This document shows, in pieces, positions 8,547 to 17,799 of a stretch of DNA of 48,595 bases. This stretch comes from Actinomycetota bacterium (GTDB lineage: Bacteria > Actinomycetota > AC-67): assembly GCA_046565595.1 (NCBI GenBank), contig JBKHYG010000025.1, positions 1 to 48,595 of the forward strand. Reading direction: 5' to 3'. How positions within the stretch are numbered: position 1 is the stretch's first letter; the number at the start of each line of letters is the position of its first letter. The notes beneath the pieces are model-generated. The model did not search any database. It worked only from the letters and a program-made list of their open reading frames with translations, and had not been told where the DNA came from. Made by a program: the position numbers and the translations under genes.

Positions 8547-11147
8547 TCAGTTCTTGGCATCCGCCCAGGTCTTGCCGATCGCGGCTTCGACCACGAGAGG
8601 AACCTCCAGAGGGTACGCCTGCTCCATCAACGAGCGAACCTGCTGTTTAGTCACTTCGGATCGGTCGGACGACGCTTCGATGACCAGTTCGTCATGGACG
8701 GTCAGGACCATCCGGGCATCGGTCCCCGACTCAGCCAAGCCCCGATCGACCGCGATCATGGCCAGTTTGAGTATGTCTGCGGCACTTCCCTGGATGGGCG
8801 CGTTCAGAGCCTGCCTCTCCCCCAGCGCGCGCACCCGCGGATTGCCGTGTTGGAGTTCAGGTATGTAACGGCGGCGACCGAGGATCGTCGTCGTGAAGCC
8901 GTCCGTGCGCGCCTGCGCGACCATCCCCTCCATGAACTCCTGCACGAGCGGGAACGATCGGAAGTAGCCGTCGATGAACAGCTGAGCCTCGTCGGGTTGG
9001 ACACCCAGTCGCGACGCGAGGCCGAAACGGTTCATCCCGTAGATCAAGCCGAAGTTGATCGCCTTGGCTCGATCGCGCAGTTCACGGGGCACCTCTTCGA
9101 GAGGGAACCCCCAGATCTTCGAGGCCGTCGCCGCATGGATGTCGTCGCCGCGCTCGAACGCCTCCTTCAGGCCCGGATCGCCGGACACATGCGCGAGCAC
9201 CCGCAGCTCGATCTGACTGTAATCGGCCACCACCAAGACGCCGTCCTCGTCACCGGCGATGAAGGCCTCACGGATACCTCGCCCGAGTTCGGTGCGGATC
9301 GGGATGTTCTGCAGGTTGGGGTTGTCGCTGCCGATACGGCCGGTCGCCACGCTCACCTGATTGAGATGCGCATGGATCCGCCCCGTGTGCGGGTCAACCA
9401 TCCTTGGCAGCGCATCGAGATAGGTCGAGCGCAACTTCTCCAGGATCCGATGCTCGAGCAACATCGGCACGACCGGATGTTGGTGCCGTAGGGACTCCAG
9501 CGTCGCCTGGTCGGTTGAGTATCCCGTCTTGGTGCGCCGAGAGGGTTTCAGACCGAGACGGTCGTAGAGCAGGGCGCGCAACTGCGGGGTCGAGTTCAGG
9601 TTGATCGGCCCTGCAGCGATCTCTGACACGCCTTGCTCGAGTTCGTGGATCCTGGCGGTGACCTCCTTGGAGCGGCGCTTCAGCAATGAGGCGTCAACCG
9701 CGACCCCACAGGTCTCCATCCTGGCCAGCACCTGCGCCAGCGGCAGTTCCACTCGCCGATACAGGTCGGTCATCCCTACGGCGGCGAGGTCCTCCTCGAG
9801 CCGCGCGGCCAACGGAGCGATGACGCTCGCATGGGCGGCAGCTGAGTCAGCCTCGGAGGTGTCGTCTCCGAGATCGAGACCAAGTTGTCCGTCGTTGGTT
9901 GCTTGGATCGTCGGCAAGGTCCGGCGGAGGTAACGCAACGCCAGGTCCTCGAGTGGATATCTGCCGTCCGCCGGATCCAGCAGGTACGCGGCGAGCATCG
10001 TGTCGTGCTCGGGGAACGCGATCTCGAGGCCTTCTCTCTCGGCTCTGACCGCTAACGCCTTCGCGTCGTGAGCGACCAGGCTCGCTCCCGCTTCGCGTAG
10101 CGCCGCCGCCGCCTCCTTGGGATCGGCGTACCAGACCGGGTCTTCCTCGCCGCTGGCGAGGGCCATCCCCGACGAACCTTCCGGCCACCAGAGCGCTACC
10201 GATCCGGAGAGCTCAGCCTCACCCGGCGCGGCGACCCTGATGTTCTCGGTCGCTGCTTCCCCTCCGGTCGGGCGGATGTCGGCCAACCGCTCGGTGAGGG
10301 CTCTGAACTGCAGCGCGTTGAAGAGGCGCTTGACCTGTTCCTCTTCCCAAGGGCCACGGACGACAGCCTCGGGACCCTCTTGCAGTTCCAGATCGTCGCG
10401 GAGTCTGACGAGCTGCCGGTTCAGTTCGACCTGGTGTCGATGTTGCCGCAGCGTCGCCGCATGTCGCCTGATCCGCGAAGGCAACTCGTCGAGGTGCTCA
10501 TAGACGCCTTCGATCGAGCCGTAGGTGGAGATCAGTTGAGCTGCGGTCTTCTCGCCGATACCCGGCACCGAAGGGATGTTGTCGCTCGGGTCGCCCTTTA
10601 GCGCGACGAGGTCGATGAGTTTGTCGGGTGGGACACCGAAGCGGTCTTCGACGGCTGCCTCGTCATAGAGCACATAGTCCGATACGCCCTTACGGTTGAA
10701 CAGGACCCTCACCCCTGGCCGCACCAGCTGGAGATAGTCGCGATCGGCGGTGACGCAGATGACCTCCTGGCCTTCGTCGGAAAGCCTCTTGGCCAGCGTC
10801 GCGATCAGATCGTCAGCCTCGTGCTCGGTGACCCCGAAGACAGGGATGCCCATGGCGTCCAAGCACTCTTCTATCAACTCGACCTGACCGCGGAACGCAG
10901 ATGGCGTCTCGTCGCGTTGCGCCTTGTACTCGGGGAAGATCGAGAGACGCTCGGTGGGTGCGCCCCTGTCGAACACGACCCCGATGCGGTCGGTGGGGTG
11001 CTCGGTCAGCAGCTTCACCAGCATCGACAGGAAGCCGTAGACCGCATTGGTGGGCTGCCCGCTCGAGGTCTGGATCGTTTCGGGAAGCGCGTAGAAGGCT
11101 CGGTATGCCAGGGAATGGCCGTCGAGCAGGAGGACGACTTCCCCCAT
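8547..11147 (-). CDS. polA: DNA polymerase I
   Basis: 5'-3' nuclease motifs LLDGHSLAYRAFYALP, EADDLIATL, GDPSDNIPSVPGIGEKTA; polymerase motifs ADYSQIELR, RAKAINFGLIYG, LTVHDEL. Confidence 0.98.
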   Translation of the reverse strand: MGEVVLLLDGHSLAYRAFYALPETIQTSSGQPTNAVYGFLSMLVKLLTEHPTDRIGVVFDRGAPTERLSIFPEYKAQRDETPSAFRGQVELIEECLDAMGIPVFGVTEHEADDLIATLAKRLSDEGQEVICVTADRDYLQLVRPGVRVLFNRKGVSDYVLYDEAAVEDRFGVPPDKLIDLVALKGDPSDNIPSVPGIGEKTAAQLISTYGSIEGVYEHLDELPSRIRRHAATLRQHRHQVELNRQLVRLRDDLELQEGPEAVVRGPWEEEQVKRLFNALQFRALTERLADIRPTGGEAATENIRVAAPGEAELSGSVALWWPEGSSGMALASGEEDPVWYADPKEAAAALREAGASLVAHDAKALAVRAEREGLEIAFPEHDTMLAAYLLDPADGRYPLEDLALRYLRRTLPTIQATNDGQLGLDLGDDTSEADSAAAHASVIAPLAARLEEDLAAVGMTDLYRRVELPLAQVLARMETCGVAVDASLLKRRSKEVTARIHELEQGVSEIAAGPINLNSTPQLRALLYDRLGLKPSRRTKTGYSTDQATLESLRHQHPVVPMLLEHRILEKLRSTYLDALPRMVDPHTGRIHAHLNQVSVATGRIGSDNPNLQNIPIRTELGRGIREAFIAGDEDGVLVVADYSQIELRVLAHVSGDPGLKEAFERGDDIHAATASKIWGFPLEEVPRELRDRAKAINFGLIYGMNRFGLASRLGVQPDEAQLFIDGYFRSFPLVQEFMEGMVAQARTDGFTTTILGRRRYIPELQHGNPRVRALGERQALNAPIQGSAADILKLAMIAVDRGLAESGTDARMVLTVHDELVIEASSDRSEVTKQQVRSLMEQAYPLEVPLVVEAAIGKTWADAKN

Positions 11148-11158
11148 CTCTTTCCGAA

Positions 11159-11635
11159 CTATTTGCGGACGGGCCGAGCGCGCTCCTCATAGCGGGGCTG
11201 GAATCCCAGAGCCTCCCAGAAGCCGGTTCCGCTGAGGTTGTCGCTGAAGACCCGCCCGGTCATGTAGTTCGCTCCGGTCTCCCTCGCGAACTCCTCCGCA
11301 GCCTCGACGAGCAGCCTGCCGTACCCGCGGCCTCGGTAGTTGGTCTCGATGATCATCTTCGAGATGTCCAAGGTCTCGGCGTGACTGAAGCCCTTCGAGC
11401 GGGTCCTGTGCGCGAAGAGCATGCCTGCGGGCTTGCCGGCGTGGTCGACGATGAGGACACGCGAGTCCGGGTCGTCGAGCGCCCGTTTGAACATCTCTTC
11501 TGCCCTGGATGCTGCGTCTTCGACGAGCGGGAACATCCGATACGCGCCCTGATGGTCCTCGAGATGACGCCACAGATGCATGATCGTCTCCAGGTCGTCC
11601 TGGTCAGCGATCCGTACGGTCGCTTGATCGGTCAT
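11159..11635 (-). CDS. GNAT-family N-acetyltransferase
   Basis: Motif A YRGRGYGRLL; N...FWEALGF; ATG at 11635 preceded by AGGAGG; extended -10 TGGTATGGT upstream. Confidence 0.88.
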   Translation of the reverse strand: MTDQATVRIADQDDLETIMHLWRHLEDHQGAYRMFPLVEDAASRAEEMFKRALDDPDSRVLIVDHAGKPAGMLFAHRTRSKGFSHAETLDISKMIIETNYRGRGYGRLLVEAAEEFARETGANYMTGRVFSDNLSGTGFWEALGFQPRYEERARPVRK

Positions 11636-11705
11636 GGTTCCTCCTGTGGCTGGAGGTCGTGACCATACCAATGCCTGAGGTGCCCCTGCCGAGCCGACCC
11701 CAGGA

Positions 11706-11735
11706 TTGACCGCCGACCGCCAAGGGTGCTACCTT
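11706..11735 (+). promoter_or_regulatory. Sigma70-type promoter with no downstream plus-strand gene
   Basis: TTGACC-18nt-TACCTT with TG extended -10; context gaTTGACC...gggtgcTACC matches the promoter in front of the DksA-like gene (44247-44275). Confidence 0.6.
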
Positions 11736-11740
11736 CCGCG

Positions 11741-11831
11741 AGGTCCAGACGGCCATGCCGTCTCGGAACGCGGAGCCCGGCTACCGCGATCGTGCACGGG
11801 GAAGGCACGAGCGCGACCGGGCTCTGCTGTT
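11741..11831 (+). ncRNA. Candidate small RNA with two hairpins
   Basis: Starts 5-6 nt after the -10; hairpin 11744-11767 and long hairpin 11770-11827 with loop ACGGGGAAG, followed by UGUU. Confidence 0.45.
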
Positions 11832-11842
11832 GGCAGAAAGCC

Positions 11843-12577
11843 TCACAGGATCCGATCCATGAAGGCTCGGGTGCGGTCCTCTCGTGGCTCGTCGATGACC
11901 TGCGCCGGCGGGCCTTGCTCGACGATCACTCCGTCGTCGATGAACACGACACGATCGGCGACCTCGCGTGCGAAACCGATCTCGTGGGTCACCACGAGCA
12001 TCGTCATGCCTTCGCGCGCCAGATCCTTCATCACATCCAGGACCTCGTGGACGAGTTCAGGGTCGAGAGCGCTGGTCACCTCGTCGAACAACATCAGGGT
12101 CGGCTTCATCGCCAGGGCGCGGGCGATCGCTACCCGCTGCTGTTGCCCTCCCGACAGTTGAGCGGGATACGAAGCAGCCTTCTCTCCGAGGCCCACCCGC
12201 TCAAGCTGCTGGATGGCTCGCCTCTCGGCTTCGGATCCTCCCACCCGTAGGACCTTGTTCAGAGCCAGACTGACATTCCCAAGCGCTGTCAGGTGCGGGA
12301 AGAGGTTGAACTGTTGAAACACCATGCCGACATGTTGGCGAACACGATCTATGTCGACCAGAGGATCGGTGATATCGACCCCCTCGACGAAGACATGTCC
12401 TTCGTCCGGGTCGATGAGTCGGTTCACGCAGCGCAACATGGTCGACTTGCCAGAACCCGAAGGGCCGAGGATACAGATGACCTCCCGCGGTTTGGCGTCG
12501 AGATCGATCCCTCTCAAGACCTCGAGATCGCCGAAACGCTTATGAACCCCTAGGAGTTGGACCGCAGCCTTGGTCAC
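11843..12577 (-). CDS. Polar amino-acid ABC transporter ATP-binding protein (GlnQ-like)
   Basis: [50 protein letters not shown]; GTGA overlap with the permease. Confidence 0.95.
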   Translation of the reverse strand: MTKAAVQLLGVHKRFGDLEVLRGIDLDAKPREVICILGPSGSGKSTMLRCVNRLIDPDEGHVFVEGVDITDPLVDIDRVRQHVGMVFQQFNLFPHLTALGNVSLALNKVLRVGGSEAERRAIQQLERVGLGEKAASYPAQLSGGQQQRVAIARALAMKPTLMLFDEVTSALDPELVHEVLDVMKDLAREGMTMLVVTHEIGFAREVADRVVFIDDGVIVEQGPPAQVIDEPREDRTRAFMDRIL

Positions 12578-13572
12578 CTTCCGCTCCTCAACCGAAGCTC
12601 GAGCTTGCCCACGAGCCGGGCAAGGGGGACGGTGAAGATCAGGTATGTGATAGCCGCAGCCAGGTACGGCGTCGGCGAGAAGGTGCTGGCTGCCGCGGTC
12701 CGAGCGACGCCGAAGACATCCGCGGTTCGCGCGGTGAACCCGACGATGAAGAAGACGATCGCGGTGTCCTTGATCAGGGCGATGAACTCGCTGACCAGAG
12801 GAGGGATCACCTGACGGATCGCTTGCGGCACGACGATGTACTGCATCGCGAGGATCCTCGGCATGCCGAGACTGCGAGCGGCTTCCATCTGCCCTTCCGG
12901 GATCGCTTGGATGCCTGCGCGGAAGATCTCGGCGCAGTATGCGCTGGCGTTTATCGCGAGCGAGATCACGATCGCGTGGAAGGGTTGAAGCCGAAGTCCG
13001 ATCTTGGTGGTCCCGAAGAAGACCAGCGAGGTCAGAACCAGCAGCGGGAGTCCACGGACGATGTCGGTGTAGGCGACGGCCGGATACCTCGTGCGTTTCC
13101 TCGGCGATATCGCCAGCAGCGCGATCACCAGACCTATGACGATCGCGAGGATCTCTGCCAGCGCAGCGGCGCCCAAGGTGTTGCGCAGACCTCGCAGCAG
13201 ACCTGCCGGCAAGGCCAGGAGGATGTCGATATCGAGGTACGCCCTGCCGAACCGATCCAACCGCAGCGTGCCCGCCTGATCCGCCCCGATCAGGAATGCC
13301 GCGAGGGTGATCGCCGCTCCGAGTCCCGCGGCGCGGGTAGCGATCTTCTGTCCCGGAAGCCCGTGGGCTAGAGCCTGGTACCTGCCGACCAGACCGGCAG
13401 CAAGTGCGAGCAGACCTAGCGGAACCGACAGATCACCGAAGGCGGCGTACTCGAAGATCCGTGCCGCTGTCGCAGCGACCCCGAGTAACGCCGCACCGAA
13501 CCCGATCCGCGCTGCGAGCACCGGTCTGCCCCGCCGGGGGGCGAACGGTCCCAGGTGTGTCAGGTCTGCCAT
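12574..13572 (-). CDS. Polar amino-acid ABC transporter permease with extra N-terminal membrane segments
   Basis: RGLPLL, EAA motif [39 protein letters not shown]. Start moved to ATG 13572 because the ORF-track start overlaps the upstream gene. Confidence 0.9.
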   Translation of the reverse strand: MADLTHLGPFAPRRGRPVLAARIGFGAALLGVAATAARIFEYAAFGDLSVPLGLLALAAGLVGRYQALAHGLPGQKIATRAAGLGAAITLAAFLIGADQAGTLRLDRFGRAYLDIDILLALPAGLLRGLRNTLGAAALAEILAIVIGLVIALLAISPRKRTRYPAVAYTDIVRGLPLLVLTSLVFFGTTKIGLRLQPFHAIVISLAINASAYCAEIFRAGIQAIPEGQMEAARSLGMPRILAMQYIVVPQAIRQVIPPLVSEFIALIKDTAIVFFIVGFTARTADVFGVARTAAASTFSPTPYLAAAITYLIFTVPLARLVGKLELRLRSGR

Positions 13573-13579
13573 CAGAAAG

Positions 13580-13612
13580 CGGAAGGGCCCCACGGCAAGT
13601 GGGACCCTTCCG
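13580..13612 (-). terminator. Intercistronic hairpin after the substrate-binding protein gene
   Basis: Minus strand CGGAAGGGUCCCAC-UUGCC-GUGGGGCCCUUCCG then CUUUCUG; the U-G pair fits the minus strand. Confidence 0.7.
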
Positions 13613-13624
13613 ATGCTAGGTGCT

Positions 13625-14536
13625 TCAGTCCAACGGAACCTCGAAGGGCGGCAGCGTGCCGAACCATTCCTGGTAGATGGCGGCATAGGTGCCGTCGGTC
13701 ATGATCTGCCGAAGGACCTCGTTGATCTTCTCACGCAGATCCGGCTTCTCCTTGCTGATCGCGAAGCCGTACTGTTCGCTGGTCTCGATGACCTGGACGA
13801 CCTTCAGGACCTCGGCGTTCTTCTCGATGAAACCCTGCGATGCCGGACGGTCGTTGACGATGGCAGCGATGCGTCCAGCTTCGAGATCCTGGAAGGCCAA
13901 GGACGCGTCGCCGTAGCTCTTCACATCTGCGGCCTTGCCCTCATCGACCAGGAACTTGGCGCAGTCCTCGCCGGTCGTACCTTGCTGCGCGCCGATGGTC
14001 AGACCCGCGAGGTCGTCGATCCCTTCGATGTCTGGGGTCTCTTCGGCGTTGATCGCCAGAGAGAGGTCGGCTACGAAGTACGGGATCGTGAAGTCGACCG
14101 TCTGCTTGCGGCTCTCTTTGATCGTGATCGCGCTGACGCCGATGTCGAAGGTTCCGTCAGGCACCGACTGGGTGAAGAGGCCATCGAAGTCCGTCGTCGT
14201 CGACCTGGGCTCGAGTTCGAGGCGCTTGGCCACCTCTGTGTAGAGATCGACATCGAAGCCCACCGGTTGATCTGCGCCCGGCTTGATCTCTTCGAAGGGC
14301 GGGTACGCGTTGTCGCTACCGACATTCAGCACTCCCGGCTCTTTCAGCTGCGTCGCCCAATCGACGCCCTTGGGATCGGCAGGCGGTTGGTCGCCTTGGT
14401 CGGTCACGCACGCACCGATCTGGACGGTAGGTATGTCTTCCCCGTTCCCTGATCCACCGCCGCTCGTACTCGAGCACGCGGCCAGCAGCATCGCTAGCAC
14501 GACCCCAGATGACAGTCCCTTCGGCAACATGTTCAT
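13625..14536 (-). CDS. Polar amino-acid ABC transporter substrate-binding lipoprotein (family 3)
   Basis: Lipobox LLAAC; YPPFE, GFDVDL, SAITIKESRKQTVDFTIPY, GAQQGTT. The start could instead be ATG 14530. Confidence 0.93.
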   Translation of the reverse strand: MNMLPKGLSSGVVLAMLLAACSSTSGGGSGNGEDIPTVQIGACVTDQGDQPPADPKGVDWATQLKEPGVLNVGSDNAYPPFEEIKPGADQPVGFDVDLYTEVAKRLELEPRSTTTDFDGLFTQSVPDGTFDIGVSAITIKESRKQTVDFTIPYFVADLSLAINAEETPDIEGIDDLAGLTIGAQQGTTGEDCAKFLVDEGKAADVKSYGDASLAFQDLEAGRIAAIVNDRPASQGFIEKNAEVLKVVQVIETSEQYGFAISKEKPDLREKINEVLRQIMTDGTYAAIYQEWFGTLPPFEVPLD

Positions 14537-14549
14537 TCCCCCTTGATTC

Positions 14550-15278
14550 TCAGATCTCGCCTAGGTACGCCTCACGCATCGCCGGGTCCGAGGCGAGCGA
14601 ACTGGCTTCTCCACTCAGCACCACCTCTCCGGTCTGCAGGACATAACCTCGGTCTGCGATCTTCAGCGCCATGTTGGCGTTCTGCTCGACCACGAAGATA
14701 GCCGCACCGATCTCTCTGATCTGGACGATGATGTCGAACACCTGTTGGACCAGGGCTGGGCTGAGGCCCATGGACGGTTCGTCCATCAGCAGCACCTTGG
14801 GATCCGACATCAGTGCCCGCCCCATCGCGACCATCTGCTGTTCACCGCCCGACAGCGTTCCCGCCTTCTGCTTCAGGCGCTCCTTCACCCGAGGGAACAG
14901 CTCGAAGATCCGCTCACGGTCCTCACCGATCGTCTCCCTATCCTTTCGCAGGTAGGCGCCCAGTTCGAGGTTCTCTGCGACGGTGAGGTCTGGGAACAGG
15001 CGGCGGTTCTCCGGCACCATCGAGACCCCGCGTCCGACGATCTCGTGGACGGGCATCCCGGTGACGACCTCTCCGTCCAGCAGGACATCCCCCTTGGTTG
15101 GTACGACCATCCCAAGGATCGTCTTCAAGGTGGTCGTCTTGCCGCTCGCGTTGCCGCCGAGCAGACACACCATCTCTCCGGGATAGACCTTGATGTCCAC
15201 ATCCCGCAGCACGCTGACCAACCCGTAGTGGGTGTCGACTCCGGCGAGTTCCAGGATCGGGCGGCGCTGTTCGCTCAC
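14550..15278 (-). CDS. livF: Branched-chain amino-acid ABC transporter ATP-binding protein
   Basis: GGNASGKTT, VPENRRLFPDLTVAENL, LSGGEQQMVAMGRALM, DEPSMGLSP, VEQNA. Confidence 0.93.
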   Translation of the reverse strand: MSEQRRPILELAGVDTHYGLVSVLRDVDIKVYPGEMVCLLGGNASGKTTTLKTILGMVVPTKGDVLLDGEVVTGMPVHEIVGRGVSMVPENRRLFPDLTVAENLELGAYLRKDRETIGEDRERIFELFPRVKERLKQKAGTLSGGEQQMVAMGRALMSDPKVLLMDEPSMGLSPALVQQVFDIIVQIREIGAAIFVVEQNANMALKIADRGYVLQTGEVVLSGEASSLASDPAMREAYLGEI

Positions 15279-16057
15279 GCTTGAGCCCCCTTCCCGAGGT
15301 ATGCCTCGATCACGGCGGGGTCTCCAGCTACCGCCGCATAGTCGCCTTCCGCGATCTTCACACCGTGGTCCAGAGCGATCACACGGTCGCTGACGCCCTT
15401 CACGACCTTCATGTCGTGCTCGATCATCATGATCGTGAATCCCTTGTCGTCCCTCAACCGTTTGATGAGCGCGGCTAACTCAAGGGATTCCTTCGGGTTC
15501 ATGCCGGCGGTCGGCTCATCGAGCAGCAGCACGATCGGCTCGGTGGCCATCGCGCGAGCGATCTCGAGACGACGACGGTTGGCGTAGGACAACACGCTCG
15601 CTTCCTGTTCATGCCGGTAGCCCATCAGCCGGTTACCGAAGAACGCAAGCGAATCGACGGCGACCTTGCGGACCCGCTCTTCCTCTGCCCTGGTCTTCGG
15701 GCCGCGGAAGACGGCGCCGATCACGCTGCTGGAAGCGCGACAGTGTTGGCCGACCATCGCGTTCTCGAGGATCGTCATGCCGGGGAACAGATGGACCGTC
15801 TGGAAGGTTCGGGCGACCCCCAACTCGCAGATCTTGCTTGGTCGCATACCGATCAGAGACCGGCCTTTGAACAGTGCATCCCCGGCGTCCGGGGTGTAGA
15901 GCCCGGTGATCACATTGAACAGCGAGGACTTGCCCGCCCCGTTGGGGCCGATGATCGTCAAGACCTCGCCCTCGTTCACCTCGAGGTCGACGCCGCCAAG
16001 GGCCGCTAGCCCTCCGAAGGACTTGGCGAGCCCACGCACCTCCAAGAGCGCGCTCAA
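15275..16057 (-). CDS. livG: Branched-chain amino-acid ABC transporter ATP-binding protein
   Basis: FGGLAAL, GPNGAGKS, ARTFQ, LSYANRRRLEIARA, DEPTAGMNP, IEHDM, VIEAYLG; TTG start at 16057 overlaps the livM stop (TTGA). Confidence 0.93.
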   Translation of the reverse strand: MSALLEVRGLAKSFGGLAALGGVDLEVNEGEVLTIIGPNGAGKSSLFNVITGLYTPDAGDALFKGRSLIGMRPSKICELGVARTFQTVHLFPGMTILENAMVGQHCRASSSVIGAVFRGPKTRAEEERVRKVAVDSLAFFGNRLMGYRHEQEASVLSYANRRRLEIARAMATEPIVLLLDEPTAGMNPKESLELAALIKRLRDDKGFTIMMIEHDMKVVKGVSDRVIALDHGVKIAEGDYAAVAGDPAVIEAYLGKGAQA

Positions 16058-17799
16058 ACCTCGACACCCCCCTGCGGCTTGAGCCAACGGTCCTGACCGG
16101 TCTCCTTGATGTCAACAGCCGCACCCTTGCGCTTGGGCGGCAACAATCCTTGCGGACGCAGGATCATCATCGCCATCAGCACTACCCCGTAGAGCAGCAG
16201 ACGGAACTGATCGAACTCTGTCAAGACCTCTGGGATGCCAACGAGCACGAGGGCTCCGATGATGACGCCACGAACGCTGCCGAGCCCGCCGAGGATGATC
16301 AGGGCGAGCGCCTGGATGCTCACCAGGACCCGGAAGCTCGTAGGAGCGAGCGAACCGATCTGCACCGCGAACAACGCCCCCGATAGACAGCCGACCGCTG
16401 CTCCCATCGAGAACGCGAGCAACTTGTACCGGATCGTGTTGACGCCCATGGCTTCGGCGACCTGCTCGTCCTCCCGCATCGCCGACCACGCCCGACCGGT
16501 CCTTGAATCCTGGAGGCGCGAACTGACGAAGATCCCGATCGCGACGAAGACGGTTGCTAGGTACACGAAATGTTGCGGATCTCGGAAATCGAAGCCCAAG
16601 AAACTCGCGCTTGTGACATCGCGCACGCCTTGAGCGCCGCCCACGAAGCCGCGGAGCCAATCGCTGGTGAGGAGCACTCGCGCGATCTCGCCGAATCCGA
16701 GCGTAACTATCGCCAGGTAGTCGCCGCGCAGCCTCAGTACCGGCATGCCGATCATGACACCGATGATCATCGCGACCAGGATCACCAGCGGGATCGCTAT
16801 GTAGAAGTTCAGAGGCAGTGAGAACGCCGGGGATGTCGTGTCTCCCAGAGCTCCGACCAGATTCGCATCGGTGAACAAGGCGGTCGCGTAGGCGCCGACA
16901 GCGAAGAAGGCCACATACCCCAGGTCGAGGAGACCCGCCATGCCGACCACGATGTTCAGCCCGAGCCCCATCAGCAAGAAGATGGCGGTCGTGCCAAGGG
17001 CGCGCGAGATGATCGAGCCGAACAGCTGCGGCAGAACCGCGACGATCACCAGCAGCCCGATCCCCAAGGCGATGCGCTTCGCTCCGGCAGGGGCCTTGAT
17101 GCCCATGCCAGCGGGGGCGGGCACGCGCCGTCTGAGTTCGTCGGACCCGGCGCCGACGAGGAACAGCACCAGTGCGCCAACCTCGGTCAGACCTCCGTGC
17201 CGCACAGAGTAGAGCCAGCCGGTCTCGAGGTTCAGTTCCCGCATCGCGGTCGGCAGGATCCGCTGCAGCAGTCCGCCAAGCACCACCAGAGACACGCCGA
17301 TCATGATCGAGCGGACGATCGGATGCTCGGACACCCTGACGAAGGCACCGGCGATGGCTGTCGCCACCCCGGCGCCGGCGGTGATCAGCCCACCGACGAA
17401 CCAGCTCGACTCCCATCTGAGCACATCCAGCAGGTCGGGCGACACCGAGACGAAGACGCCTCGCGTGGCCCGAACCCCGATCAGATCGACGAGCCCCCCG
17501 ACGGCGACGATCAAGACCGTTGCGGTCGCCGCGGTGACGATCGCGAGCACCGTAGCCTGCGCCAACGACGGCTTGCGTAGCTCGCCATCCACTATCCGCG
17601 GCCGCGCAGCCACCCATCCCGCGACCGCGAATGGCAGCAGGTAGAGCAGCCGAGCAAGCGTCAAGCCTGATCCGACCATCGCCCTGTTGCTCAGATGTGC
17701 GAGCATGCCGACGGCCCCTAGGTACCAGACCGTCAACGCGACGAGCGCACCAGCCTTCAGGCCGGTGATCGGGCCGTAAGGGTCAGACCTTCTCGACAT
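16054..17799 (-). CDS. livM: Branched-chain amino-acid ABC transporter permease with a long N-terminal membrane extension
   Basis: LGLNIVVGMAGLLDLGYVAFFAVGAY, LRLRGDYLAIVTLGFGEI, GRAWSAMREDE, ILGGLGS, RPQGL; ATG 17799 with a GGGAGGGA SD. Confidence 0.9.
   Translation of the reverse strand: MSRRSDPYGPITGLKAGALVALTVWYLGAVGMLAHLSNRAMVGSGLTLARLLYLLPFAVAGWVAARPRIVDGELRKPSLAQATVLAIVTAATATVLIVAVGGLVDLIGVRATRGVFVSVSPDLLDVLRWESSWFVGGLITAGAGVATAIAGAFVRVSEHPIVRSIMIGVSLVVLGGLLQRILPTAMRELNLETGWLYSVRHGGLTEVGALVLFLVGAGSDELRRRVPAPAGMGIKAPAGAKRIALGIGLLVIVAVLPQLFGSIISRALGTTAIFLLMGLGLNIVVGMAGLLDLGYVAFFAVGAYATALFTDANLVGALGDTTSPAFSLPLNFYIAIPLVILVAMIIGVMIGMPVLRLRGDYLAIVTLGFGEIARVLLTSDWLRGFVGGAQGVRDVTSASFLGFDFRDPQHFVYLATVFVAIGIFVSSRLQDSRTGRAWSAMREDEQVAEAMGVNTIRYKLLAFSMGAAVGCLSGALFAVQIGSLAPTSFRVLVSIQALALIILGGLGSVRGVIIGALVLVGIPEVLTEFDQFRLLLYGVVLMAMMILRPQGLLPPKRKGAAVDIKETGQDRWLKPQGGVEV

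Noticed and set aside
8547-11147. Degenerate 3'-5' exonuclease domain of PolA as a novelty
   Set aside because: Loss of proofreading residues is common in actinobacterial and other Pol I enzymes.
13603-13616. 14-bp match (gcatcggaagggtc) between this minus-strand site and 44260-44273
   Set aside because: The contexts differ (terminator arm versus promoter spacer on the opposite strand) and there are only two copies, so it is probably chance.
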